In this document: positions 31,082 to 44,725 of the stretch, piece by piece
Layout of the letters: each line of letters opens with the position of its first letter
Numbering within the stretch: position 1 is the first letter of the stretch
Source: the human T2T-CHM13v2.0 reference genome, Homo sapiens
NCBI RefSeq assembly: GCF_009914755.1
Contig: NC_060932.1
DNA length: 64,000 nt
Strand: one strand, 5' to 3'
Made by a program: the position numbers and the translations under genes
Notes under the pieces: generated by a model
Seen by the model: only the letters and a program-made list of their open reading frames with translations
The model's database searches: none
Told to the model about the DNA's origin: nothing

Positions 31082-32593
31082 CCAGTTAGCACTGACATCT
31101 GCTCGTTTTTCCAGTATATCCCACAACAACAACAAAGTGTTTTTATATGATTATTGAATGTATTTCTAGAGGGCTTGCTCTAGGGTACTTACCAAATTCA
31201 GTTTCATGGCAAAGATAAAATTCACAAGTGGTATTATTTACTTTGGAAAGATCTTTTAGGGCCTAATCTGCTACTGAGTTTCTCCTTGTAGTTTACTTTA
31301 GTCTCTCATGCTATAATTTCTGAGTTATCTCTTATAATGCTGAATTCATATGTCCACTATTCTCCGGGCTCTGCGAATGTCTTCTATGAAAGATCTTACA
31401 CTCTTAAGATTCAGAGTACCCTGTGTGTCTCTCTCACTAAAGGACATGCTGCTTCAGGCCAAGGATCCTGCAGGTGCCAGTGCCATGGATGGGGCACTTG
31501 GAGCATGGCCAGGAGATGTGTTGAATCAGATTAGCCTAGAAGGAGCCCCAGAGACCATGGGGTACTGTGCTTTCATTGTACAGTCAAGGAAACACAGGTT
31601 GCACAACGTATTCAAAGTCACATTGCTATTGTGTGGCAGAGCTAGAACTCAATGATTTCAGCCACTCAAATAACAAAGATGATGACATCACGAAAGAAAC
31701 AGCAATACATCTTTAATTTTTCCAACACTTTGCTATTCACAAAGAATACCTTTGTGTCTGGATCAGGTATCCTCACAATACCTTTATCATTATTATGGGT
31801 CTGATAATACCACCCCAACTCTCAAGGTACCTAAAGTTGAATTTAGGGAAAACTCTTCTCAGACTTTCCTCCACCACCACCTTATTCACCTGAAATTCCT
31901 GTTCATTGAACAGAAAGATGATAGTACTTCTTTGTAGTATTCACCGAATGTCCTATTCTAGGCAAAAGTAAGTACTTTCTGATCTATTTTTCTCTTTCTG
32001 TTTTATACATTCATTCCCAGCATTCTCTTATTTTTAGAACAAAAGTTCATAACACAGTCTGCCCTCTACCTGTTAACTTCATTTATCTAATTTAACTTTT
32101 AAGTGATTTGAAAATTATTTTAAATGCCTCAATGAATGACCTGCATTTTTATTAAGGACTATTCAATGACTTGTGATAAAAATACAAATATAATTTGTCA
32201 TGTATTTTTGCATGACAAAATCAGACAACTCTTCTCTGATGGAATTCCCATATCTTGACCACATTTTCATCTTCATTCTTATGTCTATACTTTCTTTTTT
32301 GCAGATGGAGAACCAGAGTAAACCCTCGTGGTGTCCTGGCTTCTAAGCATTTTGTTGGCAAGAAGGGATGACCAGGCACCCTGTTCATCTGCATGTACAA
32401 AGTCTGCAACACAGGTTTTGATGAGGAGTAAACAAGCTGCTGAACAAGCTGTTTGTCCACACACAAATATTGAACTAACATGACTGGCCAGATGCACTGA
32501 AAAGAGAATTGAGACACTGAACTCAGAGCACATGGAGAAAAAGAGAGGGAGAAAGATTAAATTTTGTCTAACTGCTCTTGTATGTTTCCTCAG

Positions 32594-32610
32594 TTTTGTC
32601 TTGAAAGGAG
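32594..32610 (+). other. Candidate 17-nt microexon (alternatively a 306-nt exon starting at 32305)
   Basis: tctaactgctcttgtatgtttcctcag|ttttgtcttgaaaggag|gtaaga; upstream acceptor tttcttttttgcag ends at 32304. Confidence 0.25.
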
Positions 32611-32636
32611 GTAAGAAGAATATACTCTCAACTCAC

Positions 32637-32726
32637 CTTTAAGCCACATCTTACTACCAAGAAACGAAATCTCAAACCAACCACTCCTCCGTCTCCTGCC
32701 TTCTTCCCTGTGTGCCCCTTGGATAT
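32637..32726 (-). other. Candidate 90-nt exon
   Basis: - strand ccattgatttcatag|ATATCC ... CTTAAAG|gtgagt. Confidence 0.3.
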
Positions 32727-33684
32727 CTATGAAATCAATGGACTGAGTGCGGGGACTGGTGCTTTGCACACTGACTTAAGACATTCTTCTTAGGGAAATG
32801 TGATTTTTTTTTTATATAGGGAGATATAAACATGCATATGAATAGGCAATTTTATTGCTTGATTTGAGCATTAAATTTTATTAGTGCAGTGGGTGTGTTT
32901 TGTCATATCCCTTATTGTCTGTTAACAGTGAGGATAAGAGTGTTGTTCTAGCTTGCATGAAGAGGGACATTCAGAATAGTGTTCTGGGGGAGCTCCCTGC
33001 AATATTGCACCAGATTTCCAAAGCACCAGTCTCATGAGTCACAAGTTATTTGATGCTCTGTCTATTTCTGCAAGCATTACAGGACAGTTGTCTCCTTATG
33101 GGCAAGGAGTACTCATTAACTCTTTATCTGGTATGTGCCTGGTGTACAGTTGGTGCTCAGTAACTATCTTGATTTCCATTTCCTTCTTTTGATTGTAATT
33201 GCAATGTTCTCCCCTCTGTCCTGTGCTGCCCTTAGAGATAGATCAGGCTTTTTGTGCTTCCTCCAAAGCTCGTGCTTTATCATTCACCAAACCATCCTTC
33301 TCTGTGCCCAGGATAATGTGTCCAAGGATGGTGTGTGGCCTTGCTGATGCAGCATTCCTTGGAGAGGCTGTCTCCTGTCCAAGGCCCTGTGAGAGCAAAG
33401 GTTGGCAGGGTCCCATCTTGCCACAATTGACCTCTGTGTGATCTGCTCAGGAAATGAATTGGCAGGCAGGTTGGGAAATTTTGCAAAATGAATAGTCACT
33501 TATAAGGGATCAGGAGTTGGAGCCAGAGCCCGAGAGAAACTTATTACCAAACACTAAGACTTAGTGAGAGGTTCCCCAGGATGCTAACTCCTGTGCTGAG
33601 AGCTCTTGTTAAGCTATTTAAGCCCCTGCAAGAGAGATGTCTGCAATCATAGAAGAAATGAAGAGTAATCCTGAGTCATGGCAG

Positions 33685-33830
33685 GAGAAGACCCTGGAGC
33701 AAGGCGAACGGAGTTCACATCTGTGCCCTCCACTTACTAGGAAGGCTTTGCGCAGGCTGCTTAAGGTCTCTGAGACTCAGCCTCCATAAAATGGGTACCA
33801 GAACACCTTTTTCTGTGAGAGGTACATGAA
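33685..33830 (+). mobile_element. MIR SINE
   Basis: ctccacttactagg..tctctgagactcagcctccataaaatggg. Confidence 0.6.
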
Positions 33831-34299
33831 TTAGTAGGGATCCGGTGGTGAATAAATAATCTGTTGAATGAATGATTTAATATAAATCACCTTTCCCAGT
33901 GCCTAGTTCCTCATTTATGCTTTTAATGAGTGAATAAAGAATATATTTTTCCTACCATAATGCATCATATATAGTCTGTTTTTAAAAATAAAAAGTTAGC
34001 TCTTTCCCCCACTAAAATTTCACCCTCTTCAACTTCTTTTCTTTCGTGATTTGTAATGTCTGGCCCAGAGAAAGGAAATGATCCTGTGAAGGTCACAGAG
34101 AGCCAGCAAGTCAAAACTCGGTCTACTGCCCCTCACCCCAACTCCTTTTCTCTATCTGACACCTTGTGTTTTCTTTTCTACGTAATTTACTACCGTGTAT
34201 TGAATTTGTATGCCTTTTGTCTGTCTGGGAACACCTTGAGGGCAGAGATTCTCTTATTCATCTCACATGTTGTAGCACAGAGCAAAGTTGTATTTTAAA

Positions 34300-34448
34300 A
34301 AAAGAAGGAAAAGAGGAAGGAAGGGAGGGAGGAAGGAAGGGGGGGAGGAAGGAAGGGAGGGAGGGAGGAAGGCAGGCAGGAAGGAAAGAAGGAAGGGAGT
34401 AAGAAAGGAAGGAAGAAATAAAGGAAGGAAGGGAGAGAGGGAGGGAAA
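34300..34448 (+). repeat. GGAA/GGGA-rich purine tract
   Basis: Read directly from sequence. Confidence 0.9.
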
Positions 34449-34489
34449 CAAAATGGCCCAAAAGAAATGCAATACCGGCCTCCATTGAT

Positions 34490-35655
<1,166 letters not shown>

Positions 35656-35754
35656 AAGAATAAGAAAGTCGGACAGTTATCAAACATCAGCCTATAGTAA
35701 TGTCTTGAACTTCCTAATTTGGACCTTGATTCACAACAAACAAACAACAGCAAC

Positions 35755-35970
35755 GAAAGAGTGAGAGAGAGAAAGAGAAAGGAGGAGGGAGAGAGAGGAG
35801 AGAGACAGAGAGAGAGAGAAGGGGGAGTAGAGTGAGAAAGAGACAAAAAGAGAGAGCAAGAGAGAGAGACTGGAGAAGGAGGGAGGGGAAAGAGAGAGGG
35901 AAGGGGGAGAGAGGAGAGAGGGAGGAGAGGAGAGGAGAAAAAAAAAAAAGAGAGAGACAGAGAGACTGAG
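35755..35970 (+). repeat. GA-rich purine tract
   Basis: About 215 nt of almost pure A/G. Confidence 0.9.
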
Positions 35971-35983
35971 AACCAGGACTCAC

Positions 35984-36022
35984 ACCCAGGGCTGCACCTT
36001 TAAGTAAGGCTATACTTATAAC
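35984..36022 (-). other. Candidate 39-nt frame-preserving exon (VISIALLKGAALG in phase 0)
   Basis: - strand tactttgtttttcacag|GTTATAAG...CTGGGT|gtgagt. Confidence 0.35.
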
Positions 36023-36489
36023 CTGTGAAAAACAAAGTATTTTTGTTTCTTCTACTGATTTTCCCTTCTCATAGAAGATTACTCCCAGAGCTTAGTTTAA
36101 GTAGCAAATTCCAGTTTAGCCTTAATCTTTCAGGTTTGGGAGACTCATCTCCCTTCACCCCAAGCCTAGCTCATAGTAGTGATTTTTATTCTGAAGAGGG
36201 AAATCAACTAACAAACAGGATGAGTGAGGACAATATCCAGATATTAGCTCCTCCTCATCAGCCACAGAAGTTTGTGTCTACTCTCTAGCTCCACCTACTG
36301 GACCTTGTGTAAATCACCTGAATAAATGCACAAGCGCTCACTGCAAGACCCCATGCTATACAAGGCACTGAGGGAAAGGAAGCAACATTATTCTTTCAGG
36401 GACTGCTAGGATTAAAAGAAACTTTTAAGGCGAATCTCCTCTTTTACTGAAGAGAAAACTAAGTGCTAGATGCATTGGGCATTTGCTGC

Positions 36490-36640
36490 ATGTGGAGTCA
36501 AATTGGCCAGAGTTTGAACCATGGTCCTGCCACTTCCTGATAATGGCACCTCAGGTAAGTCACTGACTCTCTTTGGAATTCGACTTCCTCCTCTGTAAAA
36601 TGAGGATAACAAACCTATACTCCGTGGTTGTTGCTATTGT
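36490..36640 (+). mobile_element. MIR SINE
   Basis: ggagtca..ctgccacttcctg..caggtaagtcact..ttcctcctctgtaaaatgaggataa. Confidence 0.7.
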
Positions 36641-37304
36641 CGTTTTTTATTTTTATTACTTAGTTATTAACCTTTAATATGAGGGCAAAGATATTTTTGG
36701 TAGATATTTCTTGATGGATACTTGAACTTATAACTGTCTTTTGGTCCACATACACACACATGTGCACACACACATTCACACATATACATCATCCTTCTCT
36801 TGGGAGTTTTGGAGAATGGACAGACAGCAAGACTTGAGTTGGACCATTTCAGTCTAGGCTGGGGCAGGTAAGGAGGAAAAAAGGCAAAAGAAAGACAGCT
36901 GGAACCAGTAAGATTAGCAAAAGTGAACATCTGGCTCCATCTCACTGTCACATTGCATGAAACCCATTATATATTCACGCATTCAAAAATATTGACTTCA
37001 TACCTTCTATGTGGGTGATCTCTGCCCTCATGCCACAGCATCACAGCTATTGGACTTTCATTGCAAAGAAATTCCTATAAGAATGGTTTTTGGTTTCTCT
37101 AGTAATATTCTCAAAATGTGAGTGATTGTCTGGCAATCAGTATCTGATTAACTGAGAAGTTCAATCTTTAGGCAAACGTGGGTCATCAGACTACTATTGC
37201 TCCAAGTCTGTAGTTATTAAGATCCTAACTAACTCCCCTAACCCCACAGCTTATGGGCAGCAACTTTCAAACTAGTAACAACAAATCTGAATGTAGCTTT
37301 GTTT

Positions 37305-37470
37305 CCAGGGATCAGATGTTCTACCCGACAGATGCCCTCATTCTGGTTTTTCTCTTAGTTACACTTTCCAGCCACTGTCACCTAATGGTAGGACATAAGG
37401 ATTTCTACATTGTAGAAGCTCAGTTTATGTCTGTTGAATGAATGAATGAATGAATGAATAAGTGAATAAA
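37305..37470 (+). mobile_element. L2 3' tail ending in (TGAA)n
   Basis: gtagaagctcagtttatgtctgttgaatgaatgaatgaatg. Confidence 0.6.
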
Positions 37471-38010
37471 TATTAGTCTCTACATAATGTAATAGTTGTA
37501 AATTAACAGCAAGAGACAGGTCGCCTCTCCACTAGTCAAATGGAGATTTTGACTTGAAGATCAGACCTTGGGGTTGTACGAACACCAGGAAAACTTCACC
37601 CATTTGCTTGTAAATGAAACACAGAGACAGCCTCAGTTTCTTATGACTCAGTACATGACACCCAGTTTACTGCTTGCTTGCATACCTTTTGAAGGTCATA
37701 TTGCAATTTTTACCAATATACTTGCTTATATTCTTAGTTAGATTGTTAACTACTTTTGAAAGAAAAATCCTCAGAACATGTTCTCAAACTAAGGCACGGG
37801 GGTCCTTACCCATCACTCTGGCTCTTGCTTCGACCCTCATTCATTAACTCTTATCTGCCGAGAGTCCACTGTGAGCCAGGCATTGTGCTAGGCTCTTTGA
37901 AATAAGGATCTACACCTTTTATCACAACATTTTTTTCCCTCTCATTCCTTCATGAAGTCATTGCAATTTGTGTCTTTATCCTCCTACCAACATAAATGTG
38001 TCTGATAAGG

Positions 38011-38352
38011 CAGTGGTTCCCAACCTTTTTGGCACCCAAGACCGGTTTTGTGGAAGACAATTTTTCCATATATTGTAGTATGGGGGATGGTTTCGAGATG
38101 AAACTGTTCCACCTCAGATCATCAGGCATTAGTTAGATTCTCATAAGGAACAAGCAACCTAGATCCCTCAAATACAACCTCTCACAATAAGGTCCACGCT
38201 CCTAAGAGAATCTAATGCCACCACTAATCTGACAGGAGGCAGAGCTCGGGGGTAATACTTGCTTGCCGGCCACTCATGTCCTGCTGTATGTCCCAGTTCC
38301 TAGCAGGCCATGGACCAGTACTGGTCCGTGGCCTGGGGGTTGGGGACCCCTG
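38011..38352 (+). mobile_element. MER1B hAT-Charlie MITE
   Basis: TIRs cagtggttcccaacc / ggttggggacccctg; 8-bp TSD tgataagg/taacaagg. Confidence 0.92.
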
Positions 38353-38480
38353 TAACAAGGGAAACCATTGACCGCTTTGTTGCAAAACCTAATAAACACA
38401 TCCCTTTATTACTCTATCAGACTTCTCTGTGGTATCCAATTCCATTTACCATTCCATTCTCATAGAAAGTCTTTACTTTT

Positions 38481-38768
<288 letters not shown>

Positions 38769-39864
38769 GCCTTTCTTTTTTCTGCTTTCCATGTCAATAC
38801 TGTCTTCTAGTCTTTTTCACTTTCTTTCTGGAGCTTTGAACCAACAGATCCACAGTAGCCTCTCAAGCATTGTAAGTTCAACATATCTGAAATTAAACAC
38901 ATCACTACATTCCACTGAAAAAATGGTACTGAGAATAAAGGGGTGTTTTCTGAATGGGGCACTCAGATTGGGTCGAAGTGCAGATGGTTGCATTCCAAAA
39001 AGATTTTGAGATCAAAGATGATTCCACGACTCCAAAACCAAGTGGTCAATGCAAGGATCTAGGTGCAGAATAGGAGGAGATGGCTGTGAAAACAGGAGCG
39101 CTGCAGCTGAGTGGGAGATGGACGGCAATATTAGAAAATTAAAATGCTGACATGGAGATGCTAATGAAGTAATTTTTAAGCTGCTTTATATGGATGCATG
39201 AAGTTCGTTTAAATGGGCAGGCTGTCTGCTTTCAAAGCCCAAGTCTTTTAAACTATGAGAGATTTCAGGCAGGGGAAAGTAATATATGGCCGATGAAAAT
39301 GATATTAATGGAAACCCAATAGAGCTATCCTTGAAATGGGCCCTGCAAACTCTACAGTAAAGGGAGCTTAGAATTCTCAGTGCAGAGAAACAAACACATT
39401 GGTGACCACATGCACGGCAGTCTTCTCTTTCTAAACGAATTTGACTTCAAGTACAGAAGTCCTCATAGCCGTATGCTGTAGACTTCCAACTGATAGAGTC
39501 CAGGAAAATAAAATTGGCAAGAATTGTCTTACATGTTACATGCTTTTGCTTTAGAGGAATGAGAGGAGAGAGAGAAAGAGATAGAGCAAGAGAGAAAGAG
39601 AGAGAGATATGTGAAAAGGTTAATTAGTATTTAAACACACAGTTGTGTTTTCTATTTGGTCTGACTGGGAAAATAAATTATGTACTTCAAAGCACAGGCT
39701 TGCAGGCTATAATTGAAAATAGGCATGGTGAGTACAGCTTTGCCAATGTGGCACAAAAAAACAAAAGAGAATCAAATAGAAACAAGCAGAAGAGTTACCC
39801 CCCACACCAAAGCCTGGGGCTGAATGAGAAAGCGGAGAGGGGGCTGCAGCAGCCGAGAAGCTCG

Positions 39865-40060
39865 CTTTTTACTCTGGCCCTGCCGCTTTTCTCAGGTCAC
39901 ATTGGGTAGGTGACCTGGCTTTTCTGAACCCTGGGATTTTCATTTATAAAATGATGGTAATAATGTTTTTTTCTCAGTGTGTTGTTAGGAGTTAATGAGA
40001 TAGTGTTTGGGAGAAGGGCTGGCATGGTGTCAGGCACAAAGTGGTTATTCAGGAAGTGCT
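39865..40060 (+). mobile_element. MIR SINE
   Basis: ttttcatttataaaatgatggtaataat..gttgttaggagttaatgagatag..caggcacaaagt. Confidence 0.7.
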
Positions 40061-40439
40061 TGTCCCCAATAAGTGTCTGTTCAGTCTACTTTCATCTCCC
40101 TCGTCTCTGAATTCCTGTAATTTTATAAAAGCTGGAAGAAGCCCCTAATGAGATGGTGTCTCCTATTGTTCCTTAATTGTATCATGTTTAGGTTGCATCC
40201 TTGTCAATTCAATCCAATTTCATTCCATTTACTTTAGCTCAGTTAAAAAATATTTGTTAATAAGTGTGTTCCTAGAACAATGCTTGGGAATACAAACATG
40301 AATAAGAACCAGTAAATGCCTTCAAAGACCTTAAGCACATTGTGAGAAATAAGAAAAGTATTCAAGGAGCTCCAATCAGCATTTGGACACCTGTTATTAA
40401 TCAGTGGGGGAGCTCCTACAAAGACGTGAATCAACACGT

Positions 40440-40620
40440 CCATCATCATTTTCATAGCAATCTCATGAAGCGGTGACTGTACAGATCGGGAAACTAAGAC
40501 ACAGAGAAGGTAACTGACTTGCTCAAGGTCAAGACAAGAGGATGGGCCCTGAATCCACATCTGCGTGCCGGAGGCTCCTCTGCGCTTTGGTTTTCTCCAG
40601 GACTTCTGTACCACTCCCGC
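40440..40620 (-). mobile_element. MIR SINE
   Basis: tacagatcgggaaactaagacacagagaaggtaactgacttgctcaaggtca. Confidence 0.7.
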
Positions 40621-41187
40621 TCAGCCCAAGGCATCTCTTATCTTCCAGGGCTCAGTGGTACCGGTGTGCTAAAGCCCAGCTATTTGCAACTCTTCATGCT
40701 AAACCCATGGGATGAAGACATACATAATACATCGAATATGCTCATTGCTAAAGACAGTGGCATTGGGGTTCTCAACAAGAAGACTTCCTTTTTCCATGAC
40801 CATCAGGGAAGCGCCCTAATATAGTTTGCATATTTGTCCTTGCCGACATGACATATCACATTGAAATGTAATCCCCAGTGTTGCAGCTGGGGCCTGGGGG
40901 GAGGTGTCTGAGTCATGGGGGCAGAGCCCTTATGACTTGGTGCTGTCCTTGTAGTAATGAGTGAGTTCCACCAGATCTGGTTGTTGTAAAGTGTGACACA
41001 CTCCCCACCACACAGCTCTCTCTCTCTTGCTCCTGCTTTCACCATGTAACATGCCTGCTCCTGCTTCACCTTTTACCATGAGTAAAAGCTCTGTGAGGCC
41101 TCCCCAGAAGCCAGCAGAAACCAGAGTCATGCTTTTCTGTACAGCCTGCAGAACTGAACCAACGAAACCCTTTTTCTTTATAAATGT

Positions 41188-41255
41188 CTTTCTTTCTTTC
41201 TTTCTTTCTTCCTTCCTTCCTTCCTTCCTTCCTTCCTTCCTTCCTTCCTTCCTTC

Positions 41256-41330
<75 letters not shown>

Positions 41331-41332
41331 TC
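41188..41332 (+). repeat. Compound (CTTT)5-(TTCC)12-(TTTC)19 microsatellite derived from an Alu tail
   Basis: TTCC 41209-41256; TTTC 41257-41332. Confidence 0.95.
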
Positions 41333-41490
41333 GACAGAGTCTCACTGTTGCACAGGCTGCAGTACAGTGGCACAATGATAACTCACTGTAGCCTTCACCT
41401 CCTGGCCTCAAGCAACCCTCCCACCTCAGCCTCCCATGTAGCTGGAACTACCATAACCTGCTAATTTGGATGTTTTTTTGGTAGAAACAG
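41333..41490 (-). mobile_element. 5'-truncated AluJ (right arm)
   Basis: gacagagtctcactgttg..ctcactgtagccttcacctcctgg..ctcagcctccc. Confidence 0.85.
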
Positions 41491-42149
41491 AAAAAATTTC
41501 CAGCCTCAGAATTTTTTTACAGCAATGCAAGAAATGAACTAACTCATATCCCAAAGGCAAGTCCCTCCCCATATAACACTCCATCTACAGTTTACATGCA
41601 CCACCTCTTTTTTTTTTTTTTGAAAAAACAAAAAAAACAAAAAAAATAAAGTGACTCTCAGCATTGTCATATGTTACCAAGGTTAGTCTAGGAATACATT
41701 ACAATTTACATTAACAAAACCATGCAAAAAAAGACTTTTCCGTCTGCTCATCTCTGTATCATCAATGCCTAGAAGAAGGCACCTAACAGGAAGGTGCCGG
41801 ATATTTACATTCACTGCAAGATGATGACGATTTCCATTCTTTCTGCTGTTAAACTTTATTTCCAATATTCACACTCAACTAATTATTTTTCTAACAAATT
41901 CTACATTTATTCTTGATCTCAATCATTCTCATAAGGCACATATTATCTCACTTTACTCATTAAACATCCCAGTATCTTCTTTGTTATTAATTTTAATTTC
42001 ACCAACTGTAAAACACACAATAGCAATCATTATTAATTTCTTGAAGTCAATTGTTAAATACGCTTTCCACTATATTTTACTACTTTCTGTGATCACCTGT
42101 ATTTTCTCCATCCTGATCCATCCTCTTGCTGATTTTGTTTTTCAGTAAG

Positions 42150-42490
42150 GGCCAACGAGTAGTGCATTTTTTGTATTCTACACGTCTTTATTTAACTCTC
42201 ATATTAAATAATCGTTATGCTGAATACAGAGCTCTAGGCTACCATACAAGTGCTCAAAAATGGATGCCTACTATTTATTGTTTATATTAGATTGTTAATC
42301 ATTTCTCCTCAGCACCTTCCTGATGATACACCATCTTTCATGACATCTGTTGTTGGGGAAAAAAGGTCTACTGAACGTATAATTGCCATCCCTTTATAGG
42401 TAACCTCTCCTTTTCCCTGATGACTTTGAATACTATCATTTTCACTTTGATGGTCTGAGGCTTCTCTCTGAAAAGTCTAGTCAGGGGCTG
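42150..42490 (-). mobile_element. Ancient L1M/HAL1 ORF1-region relic
   Basis: gctgaatacagagctctaggct..tctcctcagcacct..aaggtctactg..ccctttataggtaacc. Confidence 0.5.
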
Positions 42491-42701
42491 CCTGTAATCT
42501 ACCCTTTGGGCTTGCCACCTATGGGGTGCTGAGGGGCATCTCCTGGCACTCTTGTCTTGGGGCTGGAGCCATCAGTATCTGGTGTCAGCTCCTCATCCTC
42601 TCCTGACAGTGTGTCCCCAACACACGCACCTCCTTCCTTTCAGTCACGTGGAAAGATCCATGGTGTTTCCTCACATGCCAGGTTCTTTCACAGCTTCTCA
42701 C

Positions 42702-42800
42702 CAGGGCCGGGGCTAGGGTGAGTCATGTGAGGCACCCAGGGTACACGACTGAAGGAGGCTCTCACTCCCATGCACTGGCCCTGCACTTGCACCACCCTGG
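42702..42800 (+). mobile_element. MER96-like hAT-Tip100 fragment
   Basis: cagggccggggctagggtgag..gaggcacccaggg..aaggaggctctcactc. Confidence 0.7.
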
Positions 42801-42842
42801 AAGCTAAAGTCATCCTGAGTTAGCAAATAAGAAAACCAAAGC

Positions 42843-43103
<261 letters not shown>

Positions 43104-43104
<1 letters not shown>

Positions 43105-43380
43105 AGAAAGAAAGAAAGGAAAGAAAGAAAGAAATAGAAAGAGAGAAGGAAGGAAAGGAAAGGAAGGGAAGGGAAAGGAAAAGAAAGGAAAGGAAAGGGA
43201 AGGAGAGAGGGAGGGAAAGAGAGAGGGAGGGAAGGATAGAGGAAGATAGGAAAGAGAGAGAAAGAAAGAAACAGAGAGAGAAGGAGGGAGGAAAGAAAAG
43301 AAAGGAAAAGAAAGAGAGAAAGAAAAGAAAAAAGAAAGAGAGAAAGAAAAGAAAAGAAAAGAAAAGAAAAAAGAAAGAAA
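43104..43380 (+). repeat. ~275-nt polypurine tract (GAAA/GGAAA/GAAAA) expanded from the Alu tail
   Basis: Nearly pure A/G; lies inside the Alu TSD. Confidence 0.95.
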
Positions 43381-44091
43381 CCAACGCAGAGGGAATTAAA
43401 TACATTGCCCAAGAGTTGGTGGCTTATCAGAGACAAAACTTGGATTGAAGCTCTGATCAATCTGAAGTCAAAGTCATTCTTTCTAACAATCCTGGGCACA
43501 AATCATTATGCAGCTCCTGCTCAGTGAGATGGGGCTGGAACAACTGCCATACACAGGCGGAATGGGCATGGGATGCAGGAGGGTTCCTTGTTTGCCCACA
43601 TGCAGGGCTCACTAGCATGGAGGCATCATACTGCATTGCTCTGTTTTTAGCTACAGTTTGGGTTTCACTTCTGCATCAAAAAGTCCTTCTGGAGCTATAG
43701 ACTTTCTGACGACTAGGAGGGGTTGGGTGTTGCTGCTCAGAGAGGCCCATGTCCTGCAGACTCTTGCTATGTCCACCTTTACTCAGGTTCTGAGCCTCTG
43801 TACTTCAAAGACCAAATTTGGCCATGGTTTTTAGAATCACAGATGGAAGCCAGTGTCTATCAGCAAAAAAAAGTTGTGTACATGGAGCTCTGGGCTAAAT
43901 TCCAGCTCTTACACCACATGCGTGTGTGCATACACACACACACACACCCCCCACAAGCACACACACACACAGGGGCATTGAACAATATCCTATTGCAGAC
44001 TTACTGAATAACCTGGAGGCATGACATTTATTTCTTCTCTCAGAAAATCAGGTTTTTATTAAGTAGCTAGTATGTGCCAGGATCATTTGTG

Positions 44092-44115
44092 ATATATATA
44101 TATATATATATATAT
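44092..44115 (+). repeat. (AT)12 microsatellite
   Basis: Read directly from sequence. Confidence 0.9.
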
Positions 44116-44524
44116 TCTGGGTGAATAAATACATCAAAGTGGGGTAGGATGAGAATCACAACACAATGCCATGCTCAGTAAAGCCTGGTATTTATCTTTA
44201 CTCTCTCATCATCCCAAGACTGCCGCATGCCGAAGACCCTTACCCTAGCTGTTCCATCATACCTATCTCCCTACCACCGACTTTCAGTTTCTCCTTTCTC
44301 CCACTTCTTCCTTCCAGATTCATTGTGTTAAAGTTCAGTTTTGATCGTGTGATTCCCTTGCCCAAAAATACTTATTGACTCCCCTATTGCCTACTTGATT
44401 ATGTACCAATTATCTGGCTTAACTCCCAAGTCTATCTATCTGGGAGATCTGTCCTTCAATTTTTACCTCTGAAAGCTCCATTGTGTTTACCTTCATGAGG
44501 CTCTTCCTAAACCCCCAGAGAACA

Positions 44525-44725
44525 ATGTACAGCATAGCCTTCATGCTGGATCCAGCTAGCGGGTTCATCCCTCAGCTCTTCTATTTACCAGCTGTGGGAT
44601 CTTGGGCAAGGTGTCTAGGACAGCACCAGTTTCAGAATGGCATTGTGAGATGAGATGCATTGACTCAGCGTGAAGTCCTCATAACACTGCCTGGCACATG
44701 CTAAGTGCTCTGCAATATTTGTGTC
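44525..44725 (+). mobile_element. MIR SINE
   Basis: gggttcatccctcagctcttctatttaccagctgtgggatcttgggcaag..tgcctggcacatgctaagtgctc. Confidence 0.75.

Larger units (their letters stand above)
40817..41546 (+). mobile_element. MSTA/MSTB MaLR solo LTR interrupted by an Alu
   Basis: atagtttg..ttgaaatgtaatcccc..tacagcctgcagaactg..ttctttataaat; resumes as ccagcctcag..cagcaatgcaagaaatgaactaa. Confidence 0.88.
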
